Source of the DNA: Pseudomonadota bacterium
Lineage (GTDB): Bacteria; Bdellovibrionota_B; Oligoflexia; Oligoflexales; CAIYRB01
Length of the DNA stretch: 23,460 nt
Direction: 5' to 3'
Assembly: GCA_031416315.1 (NCBI GenBank)
Contig: JANOTL010000134.1
Location: forward strand, 1 to 23,460
This document shows positions 1 through 7,486 of the stretch, one piece after another. The stretch's first letter is position 1. Every line of letters starts with the position of its first letter. The notes under the pieces were generated by a model. The model was given only the letters and a program-made list of their open reading frames with translations, had not been told where the DNA came from and did no database searches. Made by a program: the position numbers and the translations under genes.

Positions 1-40
1 CGAGCAGGGAAGGCAAAGTCTGCATGATCATTGCCGGGGA

Positions 41-112
41 ATCCGGCGAGAGCGAGGGTCGCGTGACGGACGCTATGGGTAGCGCCGCGAGATCCCTCGC
101 TCCGCTCGGGAT
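41..112. repeat. Degenerate inverted pair of REP-like palindromic units (GAGATCCCTCGCTCCGCTCGGGAT at 89-112 and a decayed inverse copy at 41-63)
   Basis: GAGCGAGGG (50-58) is the reverse complement of CCCTCGCTC (95-103), and flanking ATCC and TCGCG also match. The 89-112 unit resembles a widespread extragenic palindrome type (recalled, not searched). Confidence 0.5.
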
Positions 113-141
113 AGACCCTGGCGCGAAAGCGCCAGGGTCTA
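112..141. terminator. Perfect 13-bp stem-loop, possible terminator or stabilising hairpin
   Basis: TAGACCCTGGCGC-GAAA-GCGCCAGGGTCTA. No U-tract on either side, so terminator function is uncertain. Confidence 0.45.
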
Positions 142-265
142 GCTAGCGCAAGAGGCGAGGCTCTCGGCGGCCGCCTCGAGGGCGAGGTCGATTGGAAGTT
201 CCATGGCCATGCCAGCCGAGCTCACACCTGCCGCGATGCAAAACGCCGCATCGATTTGGATGGTG

Positions 266-718
266 CTAGTCGAGGTGGGTGCGACCACCCTCCTGACTCG
301 ATCCAGACTGTTTCCTGCACAACAGGCCGTACTTGCCCTGCGCCGTCGCAATATCGACGTCGATCTCACTGTCGTCGAGCAGCGAGACGATGCCGGTCCG
401 GTGCTCGCCGTCGGAGACGGACACGTCTTTGACGGAACAGGCCATCAGCTTGTCGAGCCGATCGCCTTTGGTGGACGCTAGGTAGCCGCGGCAACCCGCC
501 TCGACGAAGCCTCGCACCGAAAATACGAGCTGGACCTCGCTCGGCGGCTCGCGTTCATAGCGACCAAGGTCGATGTCGGCAGGATCGACGGTTCCGACGG
601 CGAGGTTCGACCAGCTTCCACCAGGTGGCTGGTGCATGAACTCGCAGAACCATGGCTTGGCGGCAGCGGGGGTGGCGGTCAGTAAGGCTAGGGCAAGGGG
701 TGCAAGACGGCTCAGCAT
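266..718 (-). CDS. Secreted hypothetical protein (150 aa)
   Basis: Start reassigned from 1000 to ATG 718 (GGAG just upstream). Signal peptide MLSRLAPLALALLTATPAAA|K. Four Cys in the mature part. Family not recognised. Confidence 0.6.
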   Translation of the reverse strand: MLSRLAPLALALLTATPAAAKPWFCEFMHQPPGGSWSNLAVGTVDPADIDLGRYEREPPSEVQLVFSVRGFVEAGCRGYLASTKGDRLDKLMACSVKDVSVSDGEHRTGIVSLLDDSEIDVDIATAQGKYGLLCRKQSGSSQEGGRTHLD

Positions 719-777
719 GTTCACTCCATAGGGTTCTATCCGAGCGGCTTGTCCGCAGGACGGAACTCTAGGCGCAG

Positions 778-1047
778 CTACGCCCAACGTGACGATTTGC
801 ATCCGCATCCAGTATCGCAGGCGGGGCTGATCGCCGCGGAGCAGGACTTTTTCTCCGAAAGCGCTCGTGCGCCGACGAAAAGCACGACGCCACTCGTTGC
901 CGCGAGCACCGCAGGGACGACGGCGCCGGACGAGATTCCCGCGAAAGTCACAGGCAAGCCCGCGGCCGCGATGAGCGGAACTGCGCAGCAAACTCCGCAA
1001 AGCAGAACGCCAATGATCGGGATCGAGGCGATGGCGGGCATTTTCAC
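778..1047 (-). CDS. Small Cys-rich two-TM membrane protein, MerT/MerF-like architecture
   Basis: AGGAG RBS before GTG. Hydrophobic helices with CGVCCAVP in the first and a C-terminal CDTGCGC. Confidence 0.6.
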   Translation of the reverse strand: MKMPAIASIPIIGVLLCGVCCAVPLIAAAGLPVTFAGISSGAVVPAVLAATSGVVLFVGARALSEKKSCSAAISPACDTGCGCKSSRWA

Positions 1048-1153
1048 GGTCGTCTCCTAGTCCAGGCCGGTTACTCGCGACATGAGTCTAGGCACTCCTT
1101 CGGGCCCCGTGACTCGCCTCAGAATTCGCGCGCTGTCCTCTGATCAGCTTCTG

Positions 1154-1951
1154 TCACTTGCCCGCCAACGGGGAAGTCAGCATCCACATCAATCGGGCCG
1201 TGCGCGGCTCGTCGATGAATTGGGGGAGCCCGATGACCATGTCCTCGTGCCCAGCTTTGGGCTGTTCCGTATAGGTGCCGAAAAAGCGATCCCAGAAGGG
1301 AAGGTTGAAGCCAAAATTCCTCCCCGTCTCTATGGGGTGAATGGAGTGATGGACTCGATGCATGTCTGGCGTCACGACCACAAGCCGAAGCAGGCGATCG
1401 AGCGCAAGAGGAATACGAGCGTTCGCATGATTGAACATCGCCGTAGCATTTAGCAGGATCTCGAAGACCATGACGCTTGCAGCAGGCGCGCCGAGCGCGA
1501 CGATCACTAAACCCTTGACGCCGAGTGAGATCAGAATCTCGACCGGGTGAAACCGCGCACCGGTGGTCACGTCGATGTCCTTGTCGGCGTGATGAACGCG
1601 ATGAAGATGCCAGAGAGGTCCCACTGCATGGAACGCCCTATGCTGGAGGTAGACCGCCAAGTCTAGCAATACGAAAGACAGCACCGCGGCGGTATGAGTC
1701 GGTATGGAGAGAAGCGGCGACAGACCCCAGCCACCCGACTCCGCAAATAGTGCGATGCCGACAGCTCCGATGGGGCTCACAATCCTGACAAGCACCGCGC
1801 CGGACAGGGCGAGGAGCAAGTTTCCGGGCCATCGTTGGCGGCGCGTCGCCGACGAAGCCCTGCGAGGAGCGAAATGCTCCCAACCCGCCATGACTGCGAA
1901 AACGACGGCGAAGTATGCGAGGCGCACGCCTCCTTGACTCACAGTATCCAT
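1154..1951 (-). CDS. Sterol desaturase / fatty acid hydroxylase superfamily membrane protein
   Basis: His boxes QHRAFH, HRVHH, FNHAN, HRVHH, plus RFHPVE and NFGFNLPFWDRFFGTY. Confidence 0.9.
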   Translation of the reverse strand: MDTVSQGGVRLAYFAVVFAVMAGWEHFAPRRASSATRRQRWPGNLLLALSGAVLVRIVSPIGAVGIALFAESGGWGLSPLLSIPTHTAAVLSFVLLDLAVYLQHRAFHAVGPLWHLHRVHHADKDIDVTTGARFHPVEILISLGVKGLVIVALGAPAASVMVFEILLNATAMFNHANARIPLALDRLLRLVVVTPDMHRVHHSIHPIETGRNFGFNLPFWDRFFGTYTEQPKAGHEDMVIGLPQFIDEPRTARLMWMLTSPLAGK

Positions 1952-2065
1952 TCGATGCTCGCTTTGAGTGTGTCAATTATCCTGCCGCTGCGAAAGCGCT
2001 GCTTGCGCACTGACGCAGTTCCTCTATCGATCCGGGTCGAACCGACGCTAACGCGGCGACCATAA

Positions 2066-2464
2066 TCAATGCAGGCTGGCCAAGACCCGCTCGAGCCTGC
2101 TGTCAGCATCCTCGGCCATTCGGATGAGCGCAGCGTCGCCGACCAATCGCATGAGGGCGGTGGGCTTCGCCAGCTCGACGCTCACTTTGCCACCACCGAC
2201 GTCGCGGACGACTGCGTTACACGGAAGGAGGCTTGCAACGTCGGGATTTGCCGAAAAAGCCTCGAACGCCAGGCCTGGATTGCAGGCACCGAGAATCACG
2301 ACTTCGGGAATTTTTTTGCCAAGCTTCTCGTCGATCTTCGCATGGAGATCGATGCGGCTCAGTACCCCAAAGCCTTCTGCCTTCAGCGCCTGCGTCACTT
2401 GCTCGACCATGGGGCCGACGGTGCCCACGAGTTCTTGCTTTAAATTGATGCTCTCTTTTTGCAT
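2066..2464 (-). CDS. DUF302 domain protein
   Basis: ALKAEGFGVLSRID, ILGACNP and LLPCNAVV motifs. GGAG RBS. Confidence 0.9.
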   Translation of the reverse strand: MQKESINLKQELVGTVGPMVEQVTQALKAEGFGVLSRIDLHAKIDEKLGKKIPEVVILGACNPGLAFEAFSANPDVASLLPCNAVVRDVGGGKVSVELAKPTALMRLVGDAALIRMAEDADSRLERVLASLH

Positions 2465-2502
2465 AGCTAACTCCGCGAATATGAGATCAACACATTGTGT
2501 GA

Positions 2503-2518
2503 AGCACGAACCGTGCCT
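2503..2518 (-). promoter_or_regulatory. Sigma54 (-24/-12) promoter for DUF302-desaturase
   Basis: Minus strand AGGCACGGTTCGTGCT = GG-N10-GC, ~40 nt upstream of the DUF302 ATG. Confidence 0.7.
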
Positions 2519-2537
2519 GCTCTTTCAACCGACCGCA

Positions 2538-3500
2538 TCAAACCATGCGGTATTCCCTAAGTTTTCTCCACAACGTCGACCTGCTCATACCAAGCGCGGC
2601 TGCGGCATCCCCACGCTTGTTCTTTGCCGCGGCCATGGCGTCGACGATGCGCCGATGCTCAAGACCTGCGACGTTGAGCGGGTGTAGCTCGCTGCCCGGC
2701 GGCGGCTCTCCTCTCAACTCTGGGGTGAGGTCTCCGAGGCAAATCCGGTCGCCGTCGCCAATGGCGCAAGCATACTCCAAGACGTTTCGCAGTTCGCGAA
2801 CGTTTCCCGGCCACGAGTAGCTCAACAGAGCGTTCCTCGCCGGGCCCTCCATACCCACGATCCGTCGGTATCCCATCCTTCCGAACTCATCGATGAAGCG
2901 CCAAGTCAGCATCTCGATGTCGCCGTCCCGCTCGGCCAACCGCGGCAGAAATAGCGGGATGACGCGGATTCGGTACATCAAGTCTTCTCGGAAGCGGCCA
3001 AGCTCGACCGCGTGACGAAGCGATTGATGAGTTGCAGAAATGACCCTTACGTTTGCTTTCTTTACGGTGGCGGAGCCGAGCGGTGTAAACGTCCGCTCCT
3101 GCAAGACGCGAAGCAGGCGGGCTTGCACGTCGACCGGGATTTCCGCGATCTCGTCGAGGAAAATCGACCCCGTGTTCGAGAGCTCGAAAAGCCCCTTGCG
3201 GTCGCTCGACGCCCCGGTAAACGCGCCCTTCACGTGACCGAAAAGCTCGGACATCATGAGCTCGGAAGAGAACGTCGCACAGTTAATCGCATAGAAGGGA
3301 CCTTTGCCGCGTCGACTGAGCGCGTGAATGGCCCTCGCCGCGAGCTCCTTGCCCGTTCCTGTATCGCCTCGCATCAAGATCGAAGCCTCAGTCGCCCCGA
3401 CCTTCTTGATAAGCTCGAAGAGTCGAAGCATCTTCTCCGACACCGTCATCATTCCATGGAACTGTGTCGGCTTGATTTCGGGACGCGTGTGGATCTTCAC
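2538..3500 (-). CDS. Sigma54-dependent Fis-family transcriptional activator (AAA+ and HTH only, no N-terminal sensor domain)
   Basis: Walker A GDTGTGKE, ELFGHVKGAFTGA, Walker B FLDEI, FREDLMYRI, WPGNVREL, C-terminal HTH AAAALGMSRSTLWRKL. AAGGGA before GTG. Confidence 0.95.
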   Translation of the reverse strand: MKIHTRPEIKPTQFHGMMTVSEKMLRLFELIKKVGATEASILMRGDTGTGKELAARAIHALSRRGKGPFYAINCATFSSELMMSELFGHVKGAFTGASSDRKGLFELSNTGSIFLDEIAEIPVDVQARLLRVLQERTFTPLGSATVKKANVRVISATHQSLRHAVELGRFREDLMYRIRVIPLFLPRLAERDGDIEMLTWRFIDEFGRMGYRRIVGMEGPARNALLSYSWPGNVRELRNVLEYACAIGDGDRICLGDLTPELRGEPPPGSELHPLNVAGLEHRRIVDAMAAAKNKRGDAAAALGMSRSTLWRKLREYRMV

Positions 3501-3575
3501 GATTGTCCCTTAAACAAGCTTTGCCAGTAGGGCCGGGGCAGCGCGTTCTCTTGTGACATGGGGTTTCTTCCGATC

Positions 3576-4394
3576 TCAGCGAAGAACTTCGATAGCGACG
3601 ATGACACCGGAAAATACCAGAACGAACCACCCGAAAAACGTTTTTACGGCGCCGTCGGAGAGTCGGCGCGCCAGACGAGAGCCAAAGAGCATTCCGGCGA
3701 CGGCCAAAGCGGAAAATCCAAGCATCAGCCTCCAGTCAAAAGAAATGGAGAGTGCCGCAGCGTCCCTTGCAAATCCAAACAGGCTGTTCGCGGCAATGAT
3801 CAAGAGGGAAGTACCTACGGCCGTCTTCATCCGTAGGTGTTCAGAAAGCACGAGTGCTGGGACCAGCATGAAGCCGCCGCCGGCGCCGACAAACCCCGTG
3901 AGAAGGCCGACGGCTGCCCCACGTGCAATTGAGCTAACTACGCTAGAGGGCCGTTTCCTTTCGGACGCGTTGGCAGCGCTGGCGTCGTCCTTAGACTTTA
4001 GAATCATCGTGATGCCGGAGGCGACCATGACCGCGGCGAGAAGAAACATGATCGCTGAGTCTTTCGTCAAGGCGACGCCTCCAGGAAGCGCCAATTCGGT
4101 CGGAAGGCGCGGCAAGACGACGGCCCTAACGGCGTAGATGACGACAAATGCCGGGAGCGCAAATCTCAAAGCGGCCTTGTAATCGATCGACTTCGAGCGA
4201 GCATACTGCACGGATCCGACGGCGCTCGTTAGACCGACGATGAAAAGAGAATACGTCGTCGCTTCGAGGCCCGGAATCGAGAAGGCGTAAACCAGCACCG
4301 GGAGTGCCAGGATGGCGCCCCCCCCTCCGATCACTCCCAGGACCGCGCCGATTGCGAGCGCGGCAGAGTATCCCAGCAAAGCTTGCGCATCCAT
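3576..4394 (-). CDS. Sulfite exporter TauE/SafE family protein
   Basis: GVIGGGGAILALPVLVY and GFVGAGGGFMLVPAL repeats, AVGTSLLII. Start reassigned to ATG 4394, just after the rhodanese stop. Confidence 0.9.
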   Translation of the reverse strand: MDAQALLGYSAALAIGAVLGVIGGGGAILALPVLVYAFSIPGLEATTYSLFIVGLTSAVGSVQYARSKSIDYKAALRFALPAFVVIYAVRAVVLPRLPTELALPGGVALTKDSAIMFLLAAVMVASGITMILKSKDDASAANASERKRPSSVVSSIARGAAVGLLTGFVGAGGGFMLVPALVLSEHLRMKTAVGTSLLIIAANSLFGFARDAAALSISFDWRLMLGFSALAVAGMLFGSRLARRLSDGAVKTFFGWFVLVFSGVIVAIEVLR

Positions 4395-4402
4395 TGAATG
4401 CC

Positions 4403-4735
4403 TCAGCGCTTGACGGTTGGAAGACCGGCCTGTTCCCACGCCATCATCCCGCCCGACACGTTGACCACGTTGTGAAGTCCTTGTGCGTGCATAAGGCGCG
4501 CGGCCTTCAGCGAACGTTGGCCAGAGCGGCAGATCAAGTAGATCGTTTGATCCGCGGGCGAGGCCTTTAGCGCTGATACACCGCTGCGCTCGATTTCACT
4601 TAGCGGCCTATTGACGGCAAAGGGCGCGGACGTCTGTGAGAATTCATCAGGCTCCCGTACATCGATCAGAGCGACGGCGGTTGCTTCTTCCTGCAGGGCG
4701 AAGATCTCTGCGGGGGAAATGGTCTTTACGTCCAC
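4403..4735 (-). CDS. Single-domain cytoplasmic rhodanese (sulfurtransferase)
   Basis: LIDVREPDEF, active-site ICRSGQRS, VSGGMMAW. AGGAG RBS before GTG. Confidence 0.92.
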   Translation of the reverse strand: MDVKTISPAEIFALQEEATAVALIDVREPDEFSQTSAPFAVNRPLSEIERSGVSALKASPADQTIYLICRSGQRSLKAARLMHAQGLHNVVNVSGGMMAWEQAGLPTVKR

Positions 4736-5015
4736 ATTCGTCTCCTGTTTGTGTGTCGTCCCGACCGACGATCCAATATCCGTTCCAATTTCGAGGAACG
4801 AAGCGCGACGTCCGTAAGTGCCAAGATCTCAGAGAAATCGGCGTCTAGGATGGGCGCCAAAGCGTTAGGTCGATGCAGATTGTGCCAAAACGTTGCAACA
4901 TAAGGGGGACATTTCGAAGCAAAGCGCTTGCGAGACCTACTCGCATAGGGCCGCAGAATCGCTAAATACGCAATAAAAATAACTAGTTGGTCTTCTTGGT
5001 GCTGCAGTTCCGTCG

Positions 5016-5032
5016 TTGGCTTAGTCTTTGAT
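5016..5032 (+). promoter_or_regulatory. Probable sigma54 promoter (deviant -12) for the yeeE-yeeE-pdo-rhodanese operon
   Basis: TTGGCTTAGTCTTTGAT = GG-N10-GA, correctly placed ahead of AGGAGG (5045-5050). AT-rich, IHF-like TAACTAGTTG at 4980-4989. Confidence 0.45.
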
Positions 5033-5057
5033 AGATCAGAGCTCAGGAGGCGGCGAA

Positions 5058-5486
5058 ATGATCGACTGGTTTTACGCAATTTTGGGGGGCGTGCTCATCG
5101 GCGGTGGAAGCTCGCTGCTTCTGCTGTTCAAGGGCCGAGTTTTCGGCGTTAGCGGGGTCATCGGTGGAGTGCTTCGTCCAAGGCAAGGCGATGTGCAATG
5201 GCGGCTGGCGGTTCTTTCCGGTCTCGTCGTTGGCGGAGCCATTCTGCGGATGACCAGTGTAGGAGCATTCGATGCATCGTACCCTCGCCCGGCGGTCGTC
5301 GCCGTCGTGGCTGGCCTTCTCGTGGGCTTTGGGACCCGTCTGGGAAACGGATGTACGAGCGGGCACGGAGTGTGCGGCATCAGCCGGTTCTCCGTCAGAT
5401 CGATCGCAGCGACGCTCGTCTTCGTACTTAGCGGCATGCTTACTGCGACCGTGGTCACGCTCGTGACGAGAGGAGGAACTCCATGA
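5058..5486 (+). CDS. YeeE/YedE family sulfur-compound transporter subunit (PmpA-like half)
   Basis: GRVFGVSG and GFGTRLGNGCTSGHGVCGISRFS. Start reassigned to ATG 5058 after AGGAGG. Confidence 0.92.
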   Translation: MIDWFYAILGGVLIGGGSSLLLLFKGRVFGVSGVIGGVLRPRQGDVQWRLAVLSGLVVGGAILRMTSVGAFDASYPRPAVVAVVAGLLVGFGTRLGNGCTSGHGVCGISRFSVRSIAATLVFVLSGMLTATVVTLVTRGGTP

Positions 5487-5956
5487 AGTCCTTCGCTCCG
5501 ACATTTTTTGCCGGCATGCTTTTCTCGCTTGGACTTGGAATCTCCGGGATGACGCGACCCACGAAAGTCCTCGGCTTTCTCGATTTGGCGGGAGCTTGGG
5601 ATCCGTCGCTCGCCTTTGTAATGATCGGGGCGATCGCTACCTACGCGGTATCCTTCTGGTTCATTCGTCGCCGGCAGGCGCCGATCGCTGATACACGCTT
5701 TTTCCTACCCGCGGCGGCACCGATCGATCGCCGCCTGCTCCTTGGCGCTACGGTGTTCGGAGTTGGTTGGGGCCTAGGCGGATACTGCCCCGGTCCCGCA
5801 GTCGCGAGCTTGGCTGGCGGGGGCCACGAGGTTTGGCTCTTCTTCGTTGCCATGCTGGTTGGCATGGCAGCGTTCGCGGCCTGGGAGCGGCGTCGGGAAA
5901 AGGCCGCTGCCGCTCAGGACTCCGAGCGTCCTATGCGATCTAAGCAGGAGGATTGA
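5483..5956 (+). CDS. YeeE/YedE (DUF6691-type) transporter subunit (PmpB-like half)
   Basis: GLGISGMTRPTKVLGFLD, WDPSLAFVM, FGVGWGLGGYCPGP. ATGA overlap with the upstream gene. Confidence 0.9.
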   Translation: MKSFAPTFFAGMLFSLGLGISGMTRPTKVLGFLDLAGAWDPSLAFVMIGAIATYAVSFWFIRRRQAPIADTRFFLPAAAPIDRRLLLGATVFGVGWGLGGYCPGPAVASLAGGGHEVWLFFVAMLVGMAAFAAWERRREKAAAAQDSERPMRSKQED

Positions 5957-5959
5957 TCA

Positions 5960-6841
5960 GTGGAAATTAAAGCCTTCTTCGATAAAGCGACGTCGACTTT
6001 GACCTACGTCGCATACGACGGCGCGAGTCGCGACGCCGTTATCATCGATCCCGTACTCGACTTCGATTCGGCCTCTGGTCGCATGAGTCGATCCTCGGCT
6101 GAGGAAGTCCTCGCATTCGTCCGAGCGACGCGACTAAACGTTCGCATGGTGCTCGAGACGCACGCCCATGCCGACCATCTGTCGAGCTCGCAGATTCTTC
6201 GTGAGGCGCTGCCAGGCGTCACTCTCGCCGTCGGTGAGGGCATTACCGCTGTTCAGCGGCGCTTTAAGCCAGTTTACGGACTACCAGAAAGCTTCCCTAC
6301 CGACGGCTCTCAGTTCGATCGTCTGCTCAAAGCTGGCGAGCTGGTGGAGGCGGGAGCCTTGCGATTCGAGGTGAGGCCGACGCCGGGGCACACCGAAGCG
6401 TGCTCATCCTATCGGTTCGGGGACAACGTCTTTACGGGAGACGCGCTATTCATGCCGGATTATGGGACTGGGCGGTGCGACTTTCCGGGCGGAAGCGCCG
6501 AGAACCTCTTTGCCTCGGTGACTCAGCAGCTATTCACGCTCCCAGGCGAGACACGACTCTTTACGGGACACGACTACCAACCTGGCGGAAGGGGCGTCGA
6601 ATTCGAGTCGAGCGTCGCAGAGCAAAAACACGGGAACGTCCAGCTCAACGCCCAAACGAAGCGCGAAGAGTTCATCGCGTTTCGAAGTCAGCGCGACCAG
6701 ACCTTAGCTGCGCCGAAGCTTCTTCATCCAAGCGTGCAAGTGAACATCGATGGCGGTCGGATTCCGCCGCCAGAGACAAACGGCACTTCGTACGTTAAAG
6801 TTCCCCTTACTTGGGCCACTGCGGCCGACCGAAAGGATTAG
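5960..6841 (+). CDS. MBL-fold persulfide (sulfur) dioxygenase, ETHE1/Blh-type
   Basis: IIDPVLD, LETHAHADHLS, TPGHT, FTGDALFMPDYGTGRCDFPGG, GHDY. AGGAGG before GTG. Confidence 0.92.
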   Translation: MEIKAFFDKATSTLTYVAYDGASRDAVIIDPVLDFDSASGRMSRSSAEEVLAFVRATRLNVRMVLETHAHADHLSSSQILREALPGVTLAVGEGITAVQRRFKPVYGLPESFPTDGSQFDRLLKAGELVEAGALRFEVRPTPGHTEACSSYRFGDNVFTGDALFMPDYGTGRCDFPGGSAENLFASVTQQLFTLPGETRLFTGHDYQPGGRGVEFESSVAEQKHGNVQLNAQTKREEFIAFRSQRDQTLAAPKLLHPSVQVNIDGGRIPPPETNGTSYVKVPLTWATAADRKD

Positions 6842-6844
6842 TCA

Positions 6845-7231
6845 ATGGTCAGATTCTTGCTCGCCGCGATCTTCACTTTGGCTTCGGTGGTGCCGACGAC
6901 GGCCGGCGCCGCGGAGCATACGAGCGATACTGAGGCTACGGTCAAAGATAATCTTTCCACGGGTGCGGCCGTGCTCGTCGATGTTCGCGAAGCCGATGAG
7001 TGGGAAGCTGGACATCTCATCGTCGCAACCAATGTCCCGCTTTCGGAGCTACGGAATGGGGGTGGGAGTGATGGGCTCCCTCGCGACAAGATCCTTTACT
7101 TGCACTGTCAGTCTGGTCGTCGGGTCCTGCCGGCCGCCGACCTGTTGATTGGTTTCGGCTTCCGCGACGTGCGAGCTTTGCCGTGGGGCTTCCCCGAACT
7201 CGTTCGTCGGGGCTTCGCGCAAGCTCCCTAG
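6845..7231 (+). CDS. Exported (periplasmic) rhodanese, PspE-like
   Basis: Signal peptide ending AGA|A. LVDVREADEWEAGH and active-site HCQSGRR. Confidence 0.88.
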   Translation: MVRFLLAAIFTLASVVPTTAGAAEHTSDTEATVKDNLSTGAAVLVDVREADEWEAGHLIVATNVPLSELRNGGGSDGLPRDKILYLHCQSGRRVLPAADLLIGFGFRDVRALPWGFPELVRRGFAQAP

Positions 7232-7323
7232 AATGGAGCTGCGCCACCGCATTTGAACCAAATTTGAGACACCGTTTCGTCCGTCTAGGCCGATGTGGTG
7301 CCGCAAGTTCGACGGTGGCTCGA

Positions 7324-7339
7324 CGGCATGACAATTGCT
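7324..7339 (+). promoter_or_regulatory. Sigma54 (-24/-12) promoter for the CstB-like operon
   Basis: CGGCATGACAATTGCT = GGCA-N6-TTGC (GG-N10-GC), in the 255-bp intergenic gap. Confidence 0.72.
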
Positions 7340-7486
7340 GGTAAGTCCTGAACTCGCGCTCCTGACACGGCTGGCTCTGTTCTTCGTGTCAGGCCTGACC
7401 ACCACCTGGCTTAGCAAGCGTAGCTTATCTCCGGGCACTCGTGTCCGAAGCCATCGGGTCGGCATCGTCTTTGGAGGAAGTGGTCA

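Noticed and set aside
1..110. c-di-GMP-I or cobalamin riboswitch (GGCAAA, GGACGC, AGGGAA words)
   Set aside because: The spacing and paired elements of either consensus are absent.
139..369. 76-aa minus-strand ORF
   Set aside because: It overlaps the 266-718 gene and has no motif or convincing RBS.
719..1000. Longer start for the 266 ORF
   Set aside because: It overlaps the better-supported 778-1047 gene, and ATG 718 has an RBS and a signal peptide.
2485..2497. IHF-like GATCAACACATTG
   Set aside because: It lies over the predicted start site rather than between the UAS and promoter, so it may be chance.
4817..4900. Three minus-strand TTGGC(A/G)C half-sites and the dyad TGTGCCAA-N4-TTGCAACA as a sigma54 promoter or activator UAS
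   Set aside because: None has GC at the required GG-N10 spacing. The similar sequence near 7254-7271 has a different spacer, so no consistent UAS could be defined.
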